A stretch of 64,000 bases of DNA from Macrostomum lignano (Eukaryota). Each line of letters begins with the position of its first letter. Within the stretch, counting starts at the first letter, position 1. This document shows positions 42,781 through 56,103 of the stretch, in pieces. The stretch lies in contig NIVC01001530.1 in the NCBI GenBank assembly GCA_002269645.1, positions 1 through 64,000 on the forward strand, read 5' to 3'. A program made the position numbers and the translations under genes. A model generated the notes under the pieces. That model was not told where the DNA came from, did not search any database, and was given only the letters and a program-made list of their open reading frames with translations.

Positions 42781-43429
42781 TACAGACTCTGACAAATCCT
42801 CAAAACTAAAATTTCGAAATGCAGCAATGCTAATAAAGCCAGAGTGGAGCAACTGTATACTGTATCTGTACATGTACTTCTCCGACGAAGAGAAGGTCAG
42901 TGCCATTATACACCCTGTGTGAGCATGTCCGTTCTCAGAGTCAGCGGAGCGGGCATAAAGGCTTGACCCCTAGCTCTGGCTGGGGTTCTGTAAAAAATCA
43001 AAGTGAGATTCGTGGACCTATTTTGTTCTTATTGACGAATAAATGACTACTGTATACTACTACAATGCAAAAACAATACAAAACTATTCTAAGATTTCTA
43101 AGAAACATTATTAATACTGTGTGCTAATGTTTAGAATGAGAATAATAATTATATAAAAATAGGGTTTAAACATGAACTTAAAATGAGAATTCCAAGCAAC
43201 ATTCTTAGAATCATTCACTTTCTTTGGAATATTTATTTTCTTAGAAATATCCACTTTCTTAGAAATATCACTTCCTATCCCAACTACAGGAACCGGGCAT
43301 CAGCAGCAGTGATATAGGCTACAAATTGTATCACTTCGAAAGCTGCCAAAAGCATGCAGGAAACACGAAAGAAAACACGTTATTGCACTCTAGAAAAAGC
43401 AGAAAATATCGATACTAGCAGCTCGTGCC

Positions 43430-43620
43430 AACGAAGCCAGCAAATTGTAGCTTTTGGTTAATGCGTGTGATGTACCAACTCAAGAGGACGGTCGACCGCC
43501 AGCACAGCAAGGAGGCAAGCAAAAGCAGTCAGGCCAATTCCGATATTCCCCGACCACGCTCACGCGGGGTGTACAGCGGTCCTGACTTTCCTATCTACAG
43601 GCTAAGTTGATGCGTTGAAC
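43430..43620 (-). mobile_element. Fragment of a dispersed repeat related to the SINE-like element at 24885-25135
   Basis: 43555-43602 CACGCTCACGCGGGGTGTACAGCGGTCCTGACTTTCCTATCTACAGGC aligns with 24944-24993 CACACTCACACAGGAGTGTACAGCGGCCCTGACTTCATTTATCTTTAGGC. Confidence 0.5.
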
Positions 43621-44093
43621 TGTTAAAACTGAATTAAAGTGTAGCTTTTTTGACTAAAATAGCAACGAAAATCAGAAAGTCTGTACCAGCAAAACTTAAA
43701 AGTGCACGATATAAAGGCAGTCCGGCAGCTAGCCACTACATATACCTGCCTTGTGTGGTCCTTGTGCAGTCGAGTACGTAGCTACACACCCGATGAAACC
43801 AAATAACTGCATTTCGAACGCGTTTGCCAAATTTGGCCACAGCGGATAAAAAAGCCAGTAGGATAAATAAGCAGTCTGCAGGTAGCTCTCTCTACAGTCT
43901 GCGTTTTTTTCAATGACCATCCTCCGAGCCTTAGAACACCTGTTGTAAATAACAATTAGCTAGTTCCTATGCTGTAATCCAGTTTGCGAGCTATATACTC
44001 GTAGAAGCTTATTAGCAGGTTTTAAAAAAACAAAATTACCCTTCGAAGAATGCACTGTGTATATATATCAAATTGGATATCATGCTGGCGCCT

Positions 44094-44616
44094 CTGGTGC
44101 TAAAGCCCTTGGTGCTAAAGCCCCTTGTGCTAAAGCGATCCTAACATAATATTTCCTGGTGCTAAAGCCCCTTGGTGCTAAAGCCCCTGGTGCTAAAGCC
44201 CTTGGTGCTAAAGCGATCCTAACATAATATTTCCTGGTGCTAAAGCGATCCTAACATAATATTTCCTGGTGCTAAAGCGATCCTAACATAATATTTCCTG
44301 GTGCTAAAGCCCCTTGGTGCTAAAGCCCCTGGTGCTAAAGCCCTTGGTGCTAAAGCGATCCTAACATAATATTTCCTGGTGCTAAAGCCCCTTGGTGCTA
44401 AAGCCCCTTGGTGCTAAAGCCCCTTGGTGCTAAAGCCCCTTGGTGCTAAAGCCCCTTGGTGCTAAAGCCCCTTGGTGCTAAAGCCCCTTGGTGCTAAAGC
44501 CCCTTGGTGCTAAAGCCCCTTGGTGCTAAAGCCCCTTGGTGCTAAAGCCCCTTGGTGCTAAAGCCCCTTGGTGCTAAAGCCCCTTGGTGCTAAAGCCCCT
44601 TGGTGCTAAAGCCCCT
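44094..44616. repeat. 16-bp minisatellite, left part of an array that resumes at 48109-48162
   Basis: Unit TGGTGCTAAAGCCCCT with GCGATCCTAACATAATATTTCC inserts; the same unit resumes in register at 48109. Confidence 0.93.
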
Positions 44617-45000
44617 TCCTATATACTAAAAATGAGTTGTCTGTGGGCATGTGGGTATGCGATAGATTTCAGAAAAATTGGCTCGACCGATTTTCTTCAA
44701 ACTTGCACCATTCGATCAGAAATTTTCCTGGGACGGTACATGCATTGTAAGAATGCTAGAGAAAAAACTGACTGGCTGAATTTCAATTCTGATAAAGATT
44801 GCATCACAACAAGGTGCAAACAGTGCCGAAGAAATGCACACAAGACTTGATTAAAATTGCGTAACAATATTGCTAACTTAAATTAAGACTGATACTGGCT
44901 GACTGAGAAATTGATTATGTCATAAATTTTTACTCTAACCGACTTGCTGTAAGAATTGAATTATAAGGGCCACAATTCATGTGCTCCAATTGAAAAAAGA

Positions 45001-45063
45001 TAGCCTAGATGCGAACAGACTGGACTGCTAATGTAGCGACCTGGGTTCGAATCTTGGTGGCGC
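45001..45063 (+). pseudogene. tRNA-like fragment (tRNA-Ser(GCT)-like, or a SINE head)
   Basis: TAGCCTAGATGCG (A-box-like) ... TGGACTGCTAAT (anticodon-arm-like) ... GGGTTCGAATC (B box). The acceptor and anticodon stems do not pair. Confidence 0.42.
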
Positions 45064-45124
45064 AAAATGATTTTTTATTAAAACACCTTAAAAACAAAAA
45101 ACTGCTAAACATAAAAGAAGCGCA

Positions 45125-46440
45125 ATGTCAAACATAAAAGAGCCACCATTTCGAACATAAAATAGTTACCATTAAGAACATTAAAGAGCCACCATGTCGA
45201 ACATTAAAAAGCCACCATGTCAAACATAAAACAGACACCATTAATAACATTAAAGAGCCACCATGTCGAACATTAAAGAGCCACCATGTCAAACATTAAA
45301 GAGCCACCATTTCAAACCTAAAAGAGCCACCATGTCGAACATTAAAAAGCCACCATGTCAAACATTAAAGAGCCACCATGTCGAACATTAAAGAGCCACC
45401 ATTTCAAACCTAAAAGAGCCACCATGTCGAACATTAAAAAGCCACCATGTCAAACATTAAAGAGCCACAATGTCTAACATTAAAGAGCCACCATTTCAAA
45501 CCTAAAAGAGCCACCATGTCGAACATTAAAGAGCCACCATGTCGAACATTAAAAAGCCACCATGTCAAACATTAAAGAGCCACCATTTCAAATCTAAAAG
45601 AGCCACCATGTCGAACATTAAAAAGCAACCATGTCAAACATTAAAGAGCCACAATGTCAAACATTAAAGAGCCACTATGTCGAACATTAAAGAGCCACCA
45701 TGTCGAACATAAAAGAGCCACCATATCAAACATAAAAGAGTTACCATGTCAAACATTAAAGAGCCACCATGTCGAACATTAAAGAGCCACCATGTCGAAC
45801 ATTAAAGAGCCACCATGTCGAACATTAAAGAGCCACCATGTCAAAGATAAAACAGCCAACATTTCGAAAATTAAAGAGCCACCATGGCAAACATATACAT
45901 GACTCTATGTCGAACATTCAAGAGCCATCATGTCAAACATATACATGACTCCATGTCAAACATTAAAGAGCCACCATGTCGAACATTAAAGAGCCACCAT
46001 GTCAAAGATAAAAGAGCCACCATGTCAAACATAAAAGAGCCACCATGTCAAATATTAAAGAGCCACCATGTAAAACATTAAAGAGCCACCATGTCAAACA
46101 TATACGTAACTCCATGTCAAACATAGAAGCGACACCATGTCGAACATAAAAGAGCCACCATGTCGAACATTAAAGAGCCACCATGTCCAACATTAAAGAG
46201 CCACCATGTCAAAAATTAAAGAGCCACCATGTCCAACATTAAAGAGCCATCATGTCAAACATTAAAGAGCCACCTTTTTGAACATTAAAAAGCCACTTTG
46301 TCAAACGTAGAAGAGCCCCCATGTCAAACATAGAAGAGCCACCATGTCAGACATTGAAAAGCCACCGTATCAAACATAAAAGAGTTACCATGTACGAGCG
46401 TAGAACATAAAAGAGCCACCCTGTTAAACATAAAAGATAC
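45125..46440. repeat. Minisatellite, 23-bp unit, ~55 copies (inside the Helitron-like element)
   Basis: Unit AACATTAAAGAGCCACCATGTC(G/A). Confidence 0.95.
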
Positions 46441-46526
46441 ACAATTTCAAACGTAAAAGTAAGCGAATTTTAAAGGAGCCGCTATAATGCCAAGGAAATT
46501 GTCGCACTAGCTACTTATTGTCTGGT

Positions 46527-47970
46527 GGATGCTTGTTATTTGGGAATGCTATCTATCTTGGGGATGCTTGCTATCTTGGGGATGCTTGCTATCTTGGGGA
46601 TGCTTGCTATCTTGGGGATGCTTGATATCTTGGGGATGCTTGCTATCTGGGGGATGCTTGCTATCTGGGGGATGCTTGCAATCTGGGGGATGCTTGCTAT
46701 CTGGGGGATGCTTGCTATCTTGGGGATGCTTGCTATCTGGGGGATGCTTGCTATCTGGGGGATGCTTGCTATCTTGGGGATGCTTGCTATCTTGGGGATG
46801 CTTGCTATCTGGATGATGCTTGCTATCTGGGAGGATGCTTGCTATCTTGGGGATGCTTGCTATCTTGGGGATGCTTGCTATCTTGGGGATGCTTGATATC
46901 TTGGGGATGCTTGCTATCTGGGGGATGCTTGCTATCTGGGGGATGCTTGCAATCTGGGGGATGCTTGCTATCTGGGGATGCTTGCTATCTTGGGGATGCT
47001 TGCTATCTGGGGGATGCTTGCTATCTGGGGGATGCTTGCTATCTGGGGGATGCTTGCTATCTTGGGGATGCTTGCTATCTTGGGGATGCTTGCTATCTGG
47101 ATGATGCTTGCTATCTGGGAGGATGCTTGCTATCTGGGGGATGCTTGCTATCTGGGGGATGCTTGCTATCTTGGGGATGCTTGCTATCTGGATGATGCTT
47201 GCTATCTGGGAGGATGCTTGCTATCTGGGGGATGCTTGCTATCTGGGGGATGCTTGCTATCTGGGGGATGCTTGCTATCTGGGGGATGCTTGCTATCTGG
47301 GGGATGCTTGCAATCTGGGGGATGCTTGCTATCTTGGGGATGCTTGCTATATTGGGGATGCTTGCTATCTGGGGGATGCTTGCTATCTGGGGGATGCTTG
47401 CTATCTGGGGGATGCTTGCTATCTGGGGGATGCTTGCAATCTGGGGGATGCTTGCTATCTTGGGGATGCTTGCTATCTTGGGGATGCTTGCTATCTGGGA
47501 GGATGCTTGCTATCTGGGGGATGCTTGCTATCTGGGGGATGCTTGCTATCTGGGGGATGCTTGCTATCTGGGGGATGCTTGCTATCTGGGGGATGCTTGC
47601 TATCTGGGGGATGCTTGCAATCTGGGGGATGCTTGCTATCTTGGGGATGCTTGCTATTTGGGAGGATGCTTGCTATCTGGGGGATGCTTGCTATCTGGGG
47701 GATGCTTGCTATCTGGGGGATGCTTGCTATCTGGGGGATGCTTGCAATCTGGGGGATGCTTGCTATCTTGGGGATGCTTGCTATATTGGGGATGCTTGCT
47801 ATCTGGGGGATGCTTGCTATCTGGGGGATGCTTGCTATCTGGGGGATGCTTGCTATCTGGGGGATGCTTGCTATCTGGGGGATGCTTGCTATCTGGGGGA
47901 TGCTTGCTATCTGGGGGATGCTTGCTATCTTGGGGATGCTTGCTATCTGGGGGATGCTTGCGGTCTTGGG
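46527..47970. repeat. Minisatellite, 18-bp unit (occasional 17/19), ~80 copies (inside the Helitron-like element)
   Basis: Unit GGGGATGCTTGCTATCT(T/G). Confidence 0.96.
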
Positions 47971-48853
47971 ATGATTTCTTTTTGCAATGCACTTCATTTG
48001 AGCAGTTTGTCTGTTGTCTTTTTGAAGGATTTTGGCTGTCTTTTTGTTACTTGTAGAAAACAGAGATTCTATCCAGATGTCCCCCATCGGGGGGCGAAGA
48101 TTGCTAGTTGGTGCTAAAGCCCCTTGGTGCTAAAGCCCCTTGGTGCTAAAGCCCCTTGGTGCCCCTGAGTTACGAAAACCGTAGTAATTAAATATGGCAT
48201 AAAACATCAATGATGCGCTAACTGAACGGCCTTATAATTAGTGCCCCCAAGAAATTATTGCCATTCCGAATTCTCGTTCAAATAATGCTCCCTCTGACCA
48301 ACTGCGGATCGTAAAGACTTTCTAGGAGCATTTCTTTCTTTCCTGCGCCATGCCCTGGGGCAGGTTTCTGTTCCACCGTGGAAATTTCCTATTCGTCTGC
48401 TGCACTTTTCACGCCCGCGGATCCGTCGGAGTCGTGACGTGGCGCGGATTGTGCGATGGGCACGTCTGGGAGTTGCACACTGAATCTGCTTTGTAATGGA
48501 TGGATCAGGTTCTTGTAGAGGTTTTCGGGTTTTTCGGGGCTTGGGGAAGCATTCCAGGAGCTCGAACCCGAACTTTACCCCCAAGATTTTTAAAGGTATC
48601 TAGGGAAACAAATTTTGATTTTTTGTCAAACTTGAAATCACGAACGCAGAGAGTTCGCAGAGTTGTTTTACCTTAGCGCTAAATGGAATTTGGCCATAGA
48701 CCAATCCGGTCGAGATAACCCGGAGCTTTGCTTGCCTGCCTGTCTTGTGCAGAATTTCAGTGAAAATATTGCTTGATAAACTTGTGAGCGCCCGATCGGG
48801 GGGAACGCATGCTTGTTTCATTTGGAATTCGGAACTCCGAAGTTGAGATTTTG

Positions 48854-49850
48854 GGTGGGCGCCTCTGTCTCCGAGTTGGCGGCCCTGTCTCTTGGTGGGC
48901 GCCTCTGTCTCCGAGTTGGCGGCCCCTGTCTCTTGGTGGGCGTCCCTGTCTCTTGGTGGGCGCCTCTGTCTCCGAGTTGGCGGCCCCTGTCTCTTGGTGG
49001 GCGTCCCTGTCTCTTGGTGGGCGCCTCTGTCTCCGAGTTGGCGGCCCCTGTCTCTTGGTGGGCGTCCCTGTCTCTTGGTGGGCGCCTCTGTCTCCGAGTT
49101 GGCGGCCCCTGTCTCTTGGTGGGCGTCCCTGTCTCTTGGTGGGCGCCTCTGTCTCCGAGTTGGCGGCCCCTGTCTCTTGGTGGGCGCCCCTGTCTCTTGG
49201 TGGGCGCCTCTGTCTCCGAGTTGGCGGCCTCTGTCTCTTGGTGGGCGTCCCTGTCTCTTGGTGGGCGCCTCTGTCTCCGAGTTGGCGGCCCTGTCTCTTG
49301 GTGGGCGCCTCTGTCTCCGAGTTGGCGCCCCTGTCTCTTGGTGGGCGCCTCTGTCTCCGAGTTGGCGGCCCTGTCTCTTGGTGGGCGCCTCTGTCTCCGA
49401 GTTGGCGGCCCTGTCTCTTGGTGGGCGTCCCTGTCTCTTGGTGGGCGCCTCTGTCTCCGAGTTGGCGGCCCTGTCTCTTGGTGGGCGCCTCTGTCTCCGA
49501 GTTGGCGGCCCTGTCTCTTGGTGGGCGCCCCTGTCTCTTGGTGGGCGCCCCCGTCTCTTGGTGGGCGTCCCCGTCTCTTGGTGGGCGCCCCTGTCTCTTG
49601 GTGGGCGCCCCCGTCTCTTGGTGGGCGTCCCCGTCTCTTGGTGGGCGCCCCCGTCTCTTGGTGGGCGTCCCCGTCTCTTGGTGGGCGCCCCCGTCTCTTG
49701 GTGGGCGTCCCCGTCTCTTGGTGGGCGCCCCTGTCTCTTGGTGGGCGCCCTGTCTCTTGGTGGGCGCCCCTGTCTCTTGGTGGGCCCCCTGTCTCTTGGT
49801 GGGCCCCCTGTCTCTTGGTGGGCCCCCTGTCTCTTGGTGGGCGCCTGTCT
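48854..49850. repeat. GC-rich composite minisatellite, 20-22-bp subunits with higher-order blocks
   Basis: Subunits GTCTCTTGGTGGGCGCC(C/T)CT and GTCTCCGAGTTGGCGGCCCCT. Confidence 0.94.
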
Positions 49851-50459
49851 CTGCAATTAGCCTTTCAATTTACACAATCTCTCAAAAAATTATAACACAA
49901 GGCTTTGCTTTCTTTCAAATCGAAACAGCATACCTGTAATGAATTTTTTTTAAAATTTCAGACTATCACCCAAGCAAATAGTTGCATTAATTCGCAGAAT
50001 ATTTTTCCGCAATTTGTTTCTATAGCCATCATTTTTCCAGATCGCATTACACTTCGGGAATCTATAGGCTACTTGTAAGTACTCTAAGCATCTAATGAGC
50101 TGGATAACTGGAATCCGACACAGCTAAAAAAATTACTGTTTACCAAGCGCACATTGGTAAACAGTAGATGAAGTTGCTGTTAATGCCACTTACTAATGGC
50201 ACCTTACTGGCTATTAGAATCAATTAGGCATCCATTTATCGATAAAAAGAACTTAGTTGGGCTGCCTTGATTGGCAAATGCATATTTAGTATCTGTGGCT
50301 GGGTGACTTGTAGATCTGCGTTGACGCGAATTACTTATTTATTTACAATATTTCTGGATTGCACTTTATCTAATTCTTATCAGCTCGCAACTCGTCAGCG
50401 ACCCGTGAGGACTCCGGTACGTGTATTTTGTTATTTTCAGAGCCTCTTGGCTCCTGAAC

Positions 50460-50880
50460 TCTAACTCTGCTCCCATAACTGCTCTGCTTCTTCCACTGCA
50501 CTCTGCTCTAGTGTACTCTACTCTACCATCTAGTCTACTCTTTTCTGCGTCCCTACTCTACCATATACTCTACTCTCCTCTGTCTCTACTCTACCATTGA
50601 CTCTAACCTCCTCCATCTCTTCTCTACCATCTACTCTACCCTCCTCCGTCTCTACTCTACCCTCCTCCGTCTCTACTCTACAATCTACTCTACCCTCCTC
50701 CGTCTCTACTCTACAATCTACTCTACTCTCCTCCGTCTCTACTCTACCATCTACTCTGCTCTCCTCCGTTTTTGGTCTACCATCTACTCTGCTCACTCCT
50801 TCTACCTTAGCTCTACAATTGTTTGCAGTACCATATTTTATCCACTCTCTCTTACTCTCATCTCTTTCTACTTCTATTGT
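50460..50880. repeat. Degenerate ~21-bp tandem repeat
   Basis: TCTACTCTACCCTCCTCCGTC and variants. Confidence 0.85.
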
Positions 50881-51424
50881 CTGATTTTCTCTCTATAGGC
50901 ACCACTGCTCGCTACTCGCAAGTATATTTTCTTTAAAAAAATTCGGCAATAAATTTTCAACAAAATCTCCGCAAATTTCATCGCAAAGTTTTAGCGCCGG
51001 ACTCGAGAGCCCCTGATCTTATCGCCTATACACGGCTGACTCCTTCAAGCCCTATAGACCATTAGTTCAATCCAATGGCCTTCTATTGGATAAGACCCTC
51101 TTCCCCAAATCTCGACCTCCCCACCCCATAGCAACCGTTTCGCTTATGGGGAAGGGGGAGAGAGATATAACTGCTTGAATATCGGGCGCATGCATGCAGA
51201 ACCCCAGACGCGGCAGCACCTTCGAGAACACCACTGTGCGATAACGCCAGACTAACGACAGCTTTGATAGATAAAAGTCGAACCAACCACTGGAAAATCT
51301 CGTTTTGGTTTTATTGTTTAAGATATCCCATTAATCTGATAAATACTTGGTTTCACGGGTGAGTTTCTCACGCTTGACTGTGCTGTCGGCTGCTTCTCAG
51401 AGCAGAGAGAGTGCGAACTGGAAA

Positions 51425-51752
51425 CGAAAGAAGAGGGGGAGAAAGAGAGGGGAAAAAGAGAGGGGGAGAAAGAGAGGGGAAAAAGAGAGGGGAAAAAGAG
51501 AGGGAGAGAAAGAGAGAGGGGAGAAAGAGAGGCGGAGAAAGAGAGGGAGAGAGAGAGGCGGAGAAAGAGAGGGGGAGAAAGAGAGGGGGAGAAAGAGAGG
51601 GGGAGAAAGAGAGGGGAGAAAGAGAGGGGGAGAAAGAGAGGCGGAGAAAGAGAGGGGGAGAAAGAGAGGGGGAGAAAGAGAGGGGGAGAAAGAGAGGCGG
51701 AGAAAGAGAAGCGGAGAAAGAGAGGCGGAGAAAGAGAGGCAGAGAAAGGCAG
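51425..51752. repeat. Purine-only ~14-bp tandem repeat
   Basis: GAGAAAGAGAGGGG / GAGAAAGAGAGGCG. Confidence 0.9.
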
Positions 51753-52489
51753 TAGAGAGTGCCATAGTCATAGCTGTCATATTGGGAAACGAGCATTAGA
51801 ATAAAAAAGTTGCAGCAAAATATTTTCAACTTTGATTCGTGTCAACTTTTCTGCTTTATGCAAGTATGAGTAAAACTGCATGCTTTCGAGAGCAAGGGCG
51901 CCTCTTATTGCCATTCAAATTGATTTATTGAACTTGACAGCTGATGACTGCAAGACCAGCTATAATTTGCTGTCGAGATAATCATTCATGTTGCAATATA
52001 ACTTGATTATTCGACTTTCATCTTATTTCTAATGAAAACGCCAAGCTGTCTCAGGCACAGGAACTTGTTTTTTCTGTTAAAGCAATTTTTTAGCTTTTAT
52101 AACTGAGTTTGACCTAATAATATAGTGAAGAAATTATCAACACTCAACTCCATCTGAGGGGAATTAGGAAATCTATAAATCCGGTGGAAACAGACACATA
52201 ATTTTATATTGTTATAAAGTGATGACGCCTGATAGTTGAGATCATTGACTAAATACGAGCTAATAATAGGGCGGAAAATAAATGAGAGAGCTCGCATGTG
52301 TTGAGAATATTTTCGGCTGTAAATATTTTTCATGACTCAGGGGGTAAATGTACTTAAAATTGTAGGGAATAAAGGGCATAATCATAAATTTGAAATGAGA
52401 GAAGATTTCTGTTAACAATGCTCAAAACAGATGTTCCAGCTGGTTAACAGGGAAAATAGAAGTTGAAAAAACTGCTTTACCGAGGACTA

Positions 52490-52930
52490 GGATAGAGGGG
52501 AGAGAGGGGACAGAGGGTAAGGAGGGAACAGAGGGTAAAGAGGAAAAAGAGGGAAGAGAGAAGGCACAGAGGGGAGAGAGGACAGAGGGAGAGAGGGGAC
52601 AAAGGGATAGAGGGGAAAGAGGGGAGAGAGAGAAGGGAGGGGAGGGTGAATAGGAGAAAGAGGGAAGAGAGAGGGCACAGAGGGGAGAGGGGACAGAGGG
52701 GTTAGAGGGTAAAGAGGGGACAGATGGGAAAGAGGGTAAAGAGGGGACAGATGGGAAAGAGGGTAAAGAGGGGACATATGGGAAAGAGGGTAAAGGGGGG
52801 ACAGATAGGAAAGAAGGTAAAGAGGGGAAAAAGGTAAGGGATTAGAGGGTAAAGAGGGGACAGAGGAGAGAGGGGGTATAGCGGGAAGAGAGGTCACACA
52901 GGGGAGAGTGGGGAGAGATAAGGGAAGAAA
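52490..52930. repeat. Degenerate purine-rich repeat (partly a 27-bp unit)
   Basis: GAGGGTAAAGAGGGGACAGATGGGAAA repeated within a GA-rich tract. Confidence 0.8.
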
Positions 52931-53477
52931 GGGGATCTGGAAAAGCAGGGAGATGGCGAGAACGCAGTGAAATGTCCAGAGTCAAAGCGCGGGGGGGGAT
53001 AAACCCAGTCTATTCTGCATCAAAAGCAGCAGCAAATTACAAGCCAATAAACGCGGCCATAAAGTTAATGCCTAGAGTCAAGAATGATCTTTCAGGATGC
53101 GAGACGCAACACAGACTGATAGGCTTTTATCTTGAAGTAACAAGAATTTAATGCCAGGTTTCTATGGACAGTTCAGTAGGGAGGAATCCGCATTAGCATC
53201 AGAGCATGGCTGTTGCCCATCTGACAAAATAGCAGATGCGGTGGCCTAAAAGATGGGCAGTCGATTTTTCTGCCCAGATTTTCAGCGACATTGGCGCCTG
53301 GCGCATTATGCACAGATCAGCGCTTTGATGAAGGGAAACACAGAGAGGATTTTGCCTATTATTGAAATTCAAAACACGATCACTGAGACGGACGCGGCGC
53401 TCCTGAAATATTCAAGACCTGCGTGTCTTCAGTCACGAGGCTCTTCTAAGACATACCTGGTACATCTAATTCGAATT

Positions 53478-54866
53478 CCTAATCTCCCTCTCTGTCTCAT
53501 CCAAAAACTCACTCAATGTCTCATCCATTATCTCACTCCCTGTCTCACCCCTAATCTCAGTCCCTGTCTCACCCCTAATCTCACTCCCTGTCTCGTTCCT
53601 AATCTCACTCCCTGTCTCACCCCTAATCTCACTCCCTGTCTCACCACTAATCTCAGTCCCTGTCTCACCCCTAATCTCACTCCCTGTCTCGTTCCTAATC
53701 TCACTCCCTGTCTCACCCCTAATCTCACTCCCTGTCTCACCACTAATCTCACTCCCTGTCTCACCACTAATCTCACTCCCTGTCTCACCACTAATCTCAC
53801 TCCCTGTCTCACCCCTAATCTCACTCCCTGTCTCGTTCCTAATCTCACTCCCTGTCTCACCCCTAATCTCAGTCCCTGTCTCACCCCTAATCTCAGTCCC
53901 TGTCTCGTTCCTAATCTCACTCCCTGTCTCACCCCTAATCTCACTCCCTGTCTCACCACTAATCTCACTCCCTGTCTCACCACTAATCTCACTCCCTGTC
54001 TCACCACTAATCTCAGTCCCTGTCTCACCACTAATCTCAGTCCCTGTCTCACCACTAATCTCAGTCCCTGTCTCACCACTAATCTCACTCCCTGTCTCAC
54101 CCCTAATCTCACTCCCTGTCTCGTTCCTAATCTCACTCCCTGTCTCACCCCTAATCTCAGTCCCTGTCTCACCCCTAATCTCAGTCCCTGTCTCGTTCCT
54201 AATCTCACTCCCTGTCTCACCCCTAATCTCACTCCCTGTCTCACCCCTAATCTCACTCCCTGTCTCGTTCCTAATCTCAGTCCCTGTCTCACCACTAATC
54301 TCACTCCCTGTCTCACCCCTAATCTCACTCCCTGTCTCATTCTTAATCTCACTCCCTGTCTCACCACTAATCTCAGTCCCTGTCTCACCACTAATCTCAC
54401 TCCCTGTCTCACCACTAATCTCACTCCCTGTCTCACCACTAATCTCAGTCCCTGTCTCACCACTAATCTCAGTCCCTGTCTCACCACTAATCTCACTCCC
54501 TGTCTCACCACTAATCTCACTCCCTGTCTCACCACTAATCTCAGTCCCTGTCTCACCACTAATCTCAGTCCCTGTCTCACCACTAATCTCAGTCCCTGTC
54601 TCACCACTAATCTCACTCCCTGTCTCACCCCTAATCTCACTCCCTGTCTCATTCTTAATTTCACTCCCTGTCTCGTTACTAATCTAAATTCCTGTCTCAT
54701 TCTTAATCTCACTCCCTGTCTCGTTCCTAATCTCACTCCCTGTCTCACCACTAATCTCAGTCCCTGTCTCACCACTAATCTCACTCCCTGTCTCACCCCT
54801 AATCTCAGTCCTTGTCTCACCACTAATCTCAGTCCATGTCTCACCCCTAATCTCACTCCCTGTCTC
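53478..54866. repeat. Minisatellite, 24-bp unit, ~58 copies
   Basis: Unit CTAATCTCA(C/G)TCCCTGTCTCACC(C/A); source of the spurious 550-aa ORF. Confidence 0.96.
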
Positions 54867-55289
54867 AGCACTAGTCTAACTTTAAGACTCCCGCTTTCAT
54901 CCTAACGGAAGTTTTCTGCCTAAAGTTTTATTGACATTTTGCGAACCAACACAATAGGCTGGCTCATTATCGCAACTGAATGCCCCCCATTCAGTCGATG
55001 CCAGTATTTCTCCAGCCCTCTCCTCTTAACACTTTGGCTGGTTCCACTCCTGGGACAGCCCGAGAATGTTCGCATTCATTCGGCTTATTGTGTTTCAACC
55101 TGCATGAGGGCCACGACCTGCATTTTTGTTAACAGGTAGCGCCTGTCGCTGTTAGGGCTGTGGATTTATGGCTCAATAATAAGAAGAATTATGTGCACAT
55201 CTTCAAACTATAAAATAGTGGGTCTGCTATCTATGAACAATGGGTTAGAAATGAAGCGGACAATGATATAGACAGATTTAGACGATGAG

Positions 55290-55765
55290 AGTGGGAATAA
55301 GAAAGTGAGACTGGGACTGGGAGATAGATTGGCAGTGAGAGAGTGAGAAATTAAGAGGGAGACTAAGAGTGAGAGTGAAAGACTGAAAGTGAGGCTAGGA
55401 GTGAGACTGAGTGAGATCGAGAGAGTGAGAGTGAGAGTGAGATTGAGGGAGCGAGACTGAGAGTGAGACTGAAAGAGTGAGACTGAGAGTGAGACTGAAA
55501 GAGTGAGACTGAGAGTGAGAGTGAGAGTGAGATTGAGGGAGCGAGACTGAGAGTGAGACTGAAAGAGTGAGACTGAGAGTGAGACTGAGAGTGAGACCAA
55601 GTGAGATTGAGAGACTGAGACTGAGAGAGTGGACTGAAAGTGGGACTGAGAGTGAGACTGAGAGTGAGACCAAGTGAGATTGAGAGACTGAGACTGAGAG
55701 AGTGGACTGAAAGTGGGACTGAGAGTGAGAAGACTGAGACTGAGACTGAGACTAAGACTGAGATG
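55290..55765. repeat. (GAGTGA/GAGACT)n hexamer-based repeat
   Basis: GAGAGTGAGACTGA... low-complexity sequence. Confidence 0.88.
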
Positions 55766-56103
55766 GAGTCAGAGGCCAGCAGAAATGAGGCCGTACTCAA
55801 AAGAGAGCTGAAAAATGCGGCACAAGAAAGCCCTCCACCTTTCATTCCGATTTAAATTCCTAGATTTTCCCCGGCCTTTAAAGTTCCTCATCAAAGTTCG
55901 GTGTTGAATTTCCCTTGAAATACTTGATTGCTGCTGGGGTCGAGTTACTGGTCTCGTTTTCTGGTGCTATGGCAACTGCGGTTTGTGGGATAATGTGTTA
56001 ATAACTGCGGAAACAAATCACACAGAATCCCATAAAAATGTTATCATATCTTAATAAAAACTCCATTGCATCGCAAACAAAACCCATAGAATCCCAATAC
56101 AAA

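Larger units (their letters stand above)
44617..48108 (+). mobile_element. Non-autonomous Helitron-like (rolling-circle) element carrying two minisatellite arrays
   Basis: The 5' end is TCCTATATACTAAAA followed by GGCTCGACCGATTTTCTTCAAACTTGCAC, which resembles Helitron 5' regions. The 3' end is a GC hairpin CCCCC-ATCG-GGGGG (48081-48094), a 9-nt spacer, then CTAG-T (48104-48108). It is inserted at the T|T junction of the 16-bp array with no TSD. No Rep/helicase ORF. Confidence 0.75.

Noticed and set aside
48785-48820. Second Helitron-like 3' end (CCCGATCGGG hairpin followed by GCATGCTTGTT)
   Set aside because: No CTRR terminus and no identifiable partner 5' end.
46525-49939. GMLAIW, GDACYL and SWWAPL repeat ORFs
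   Set aside because: Products of the 18-bp and 20-22-bp arrays.
53253-54905. 550-aa ORF (TPNLTPCL repeats) and its antisense ORF
   Set aside because: A stop-free 24-bp minisatellite open on both strands, with no domain or supporting gene structure.
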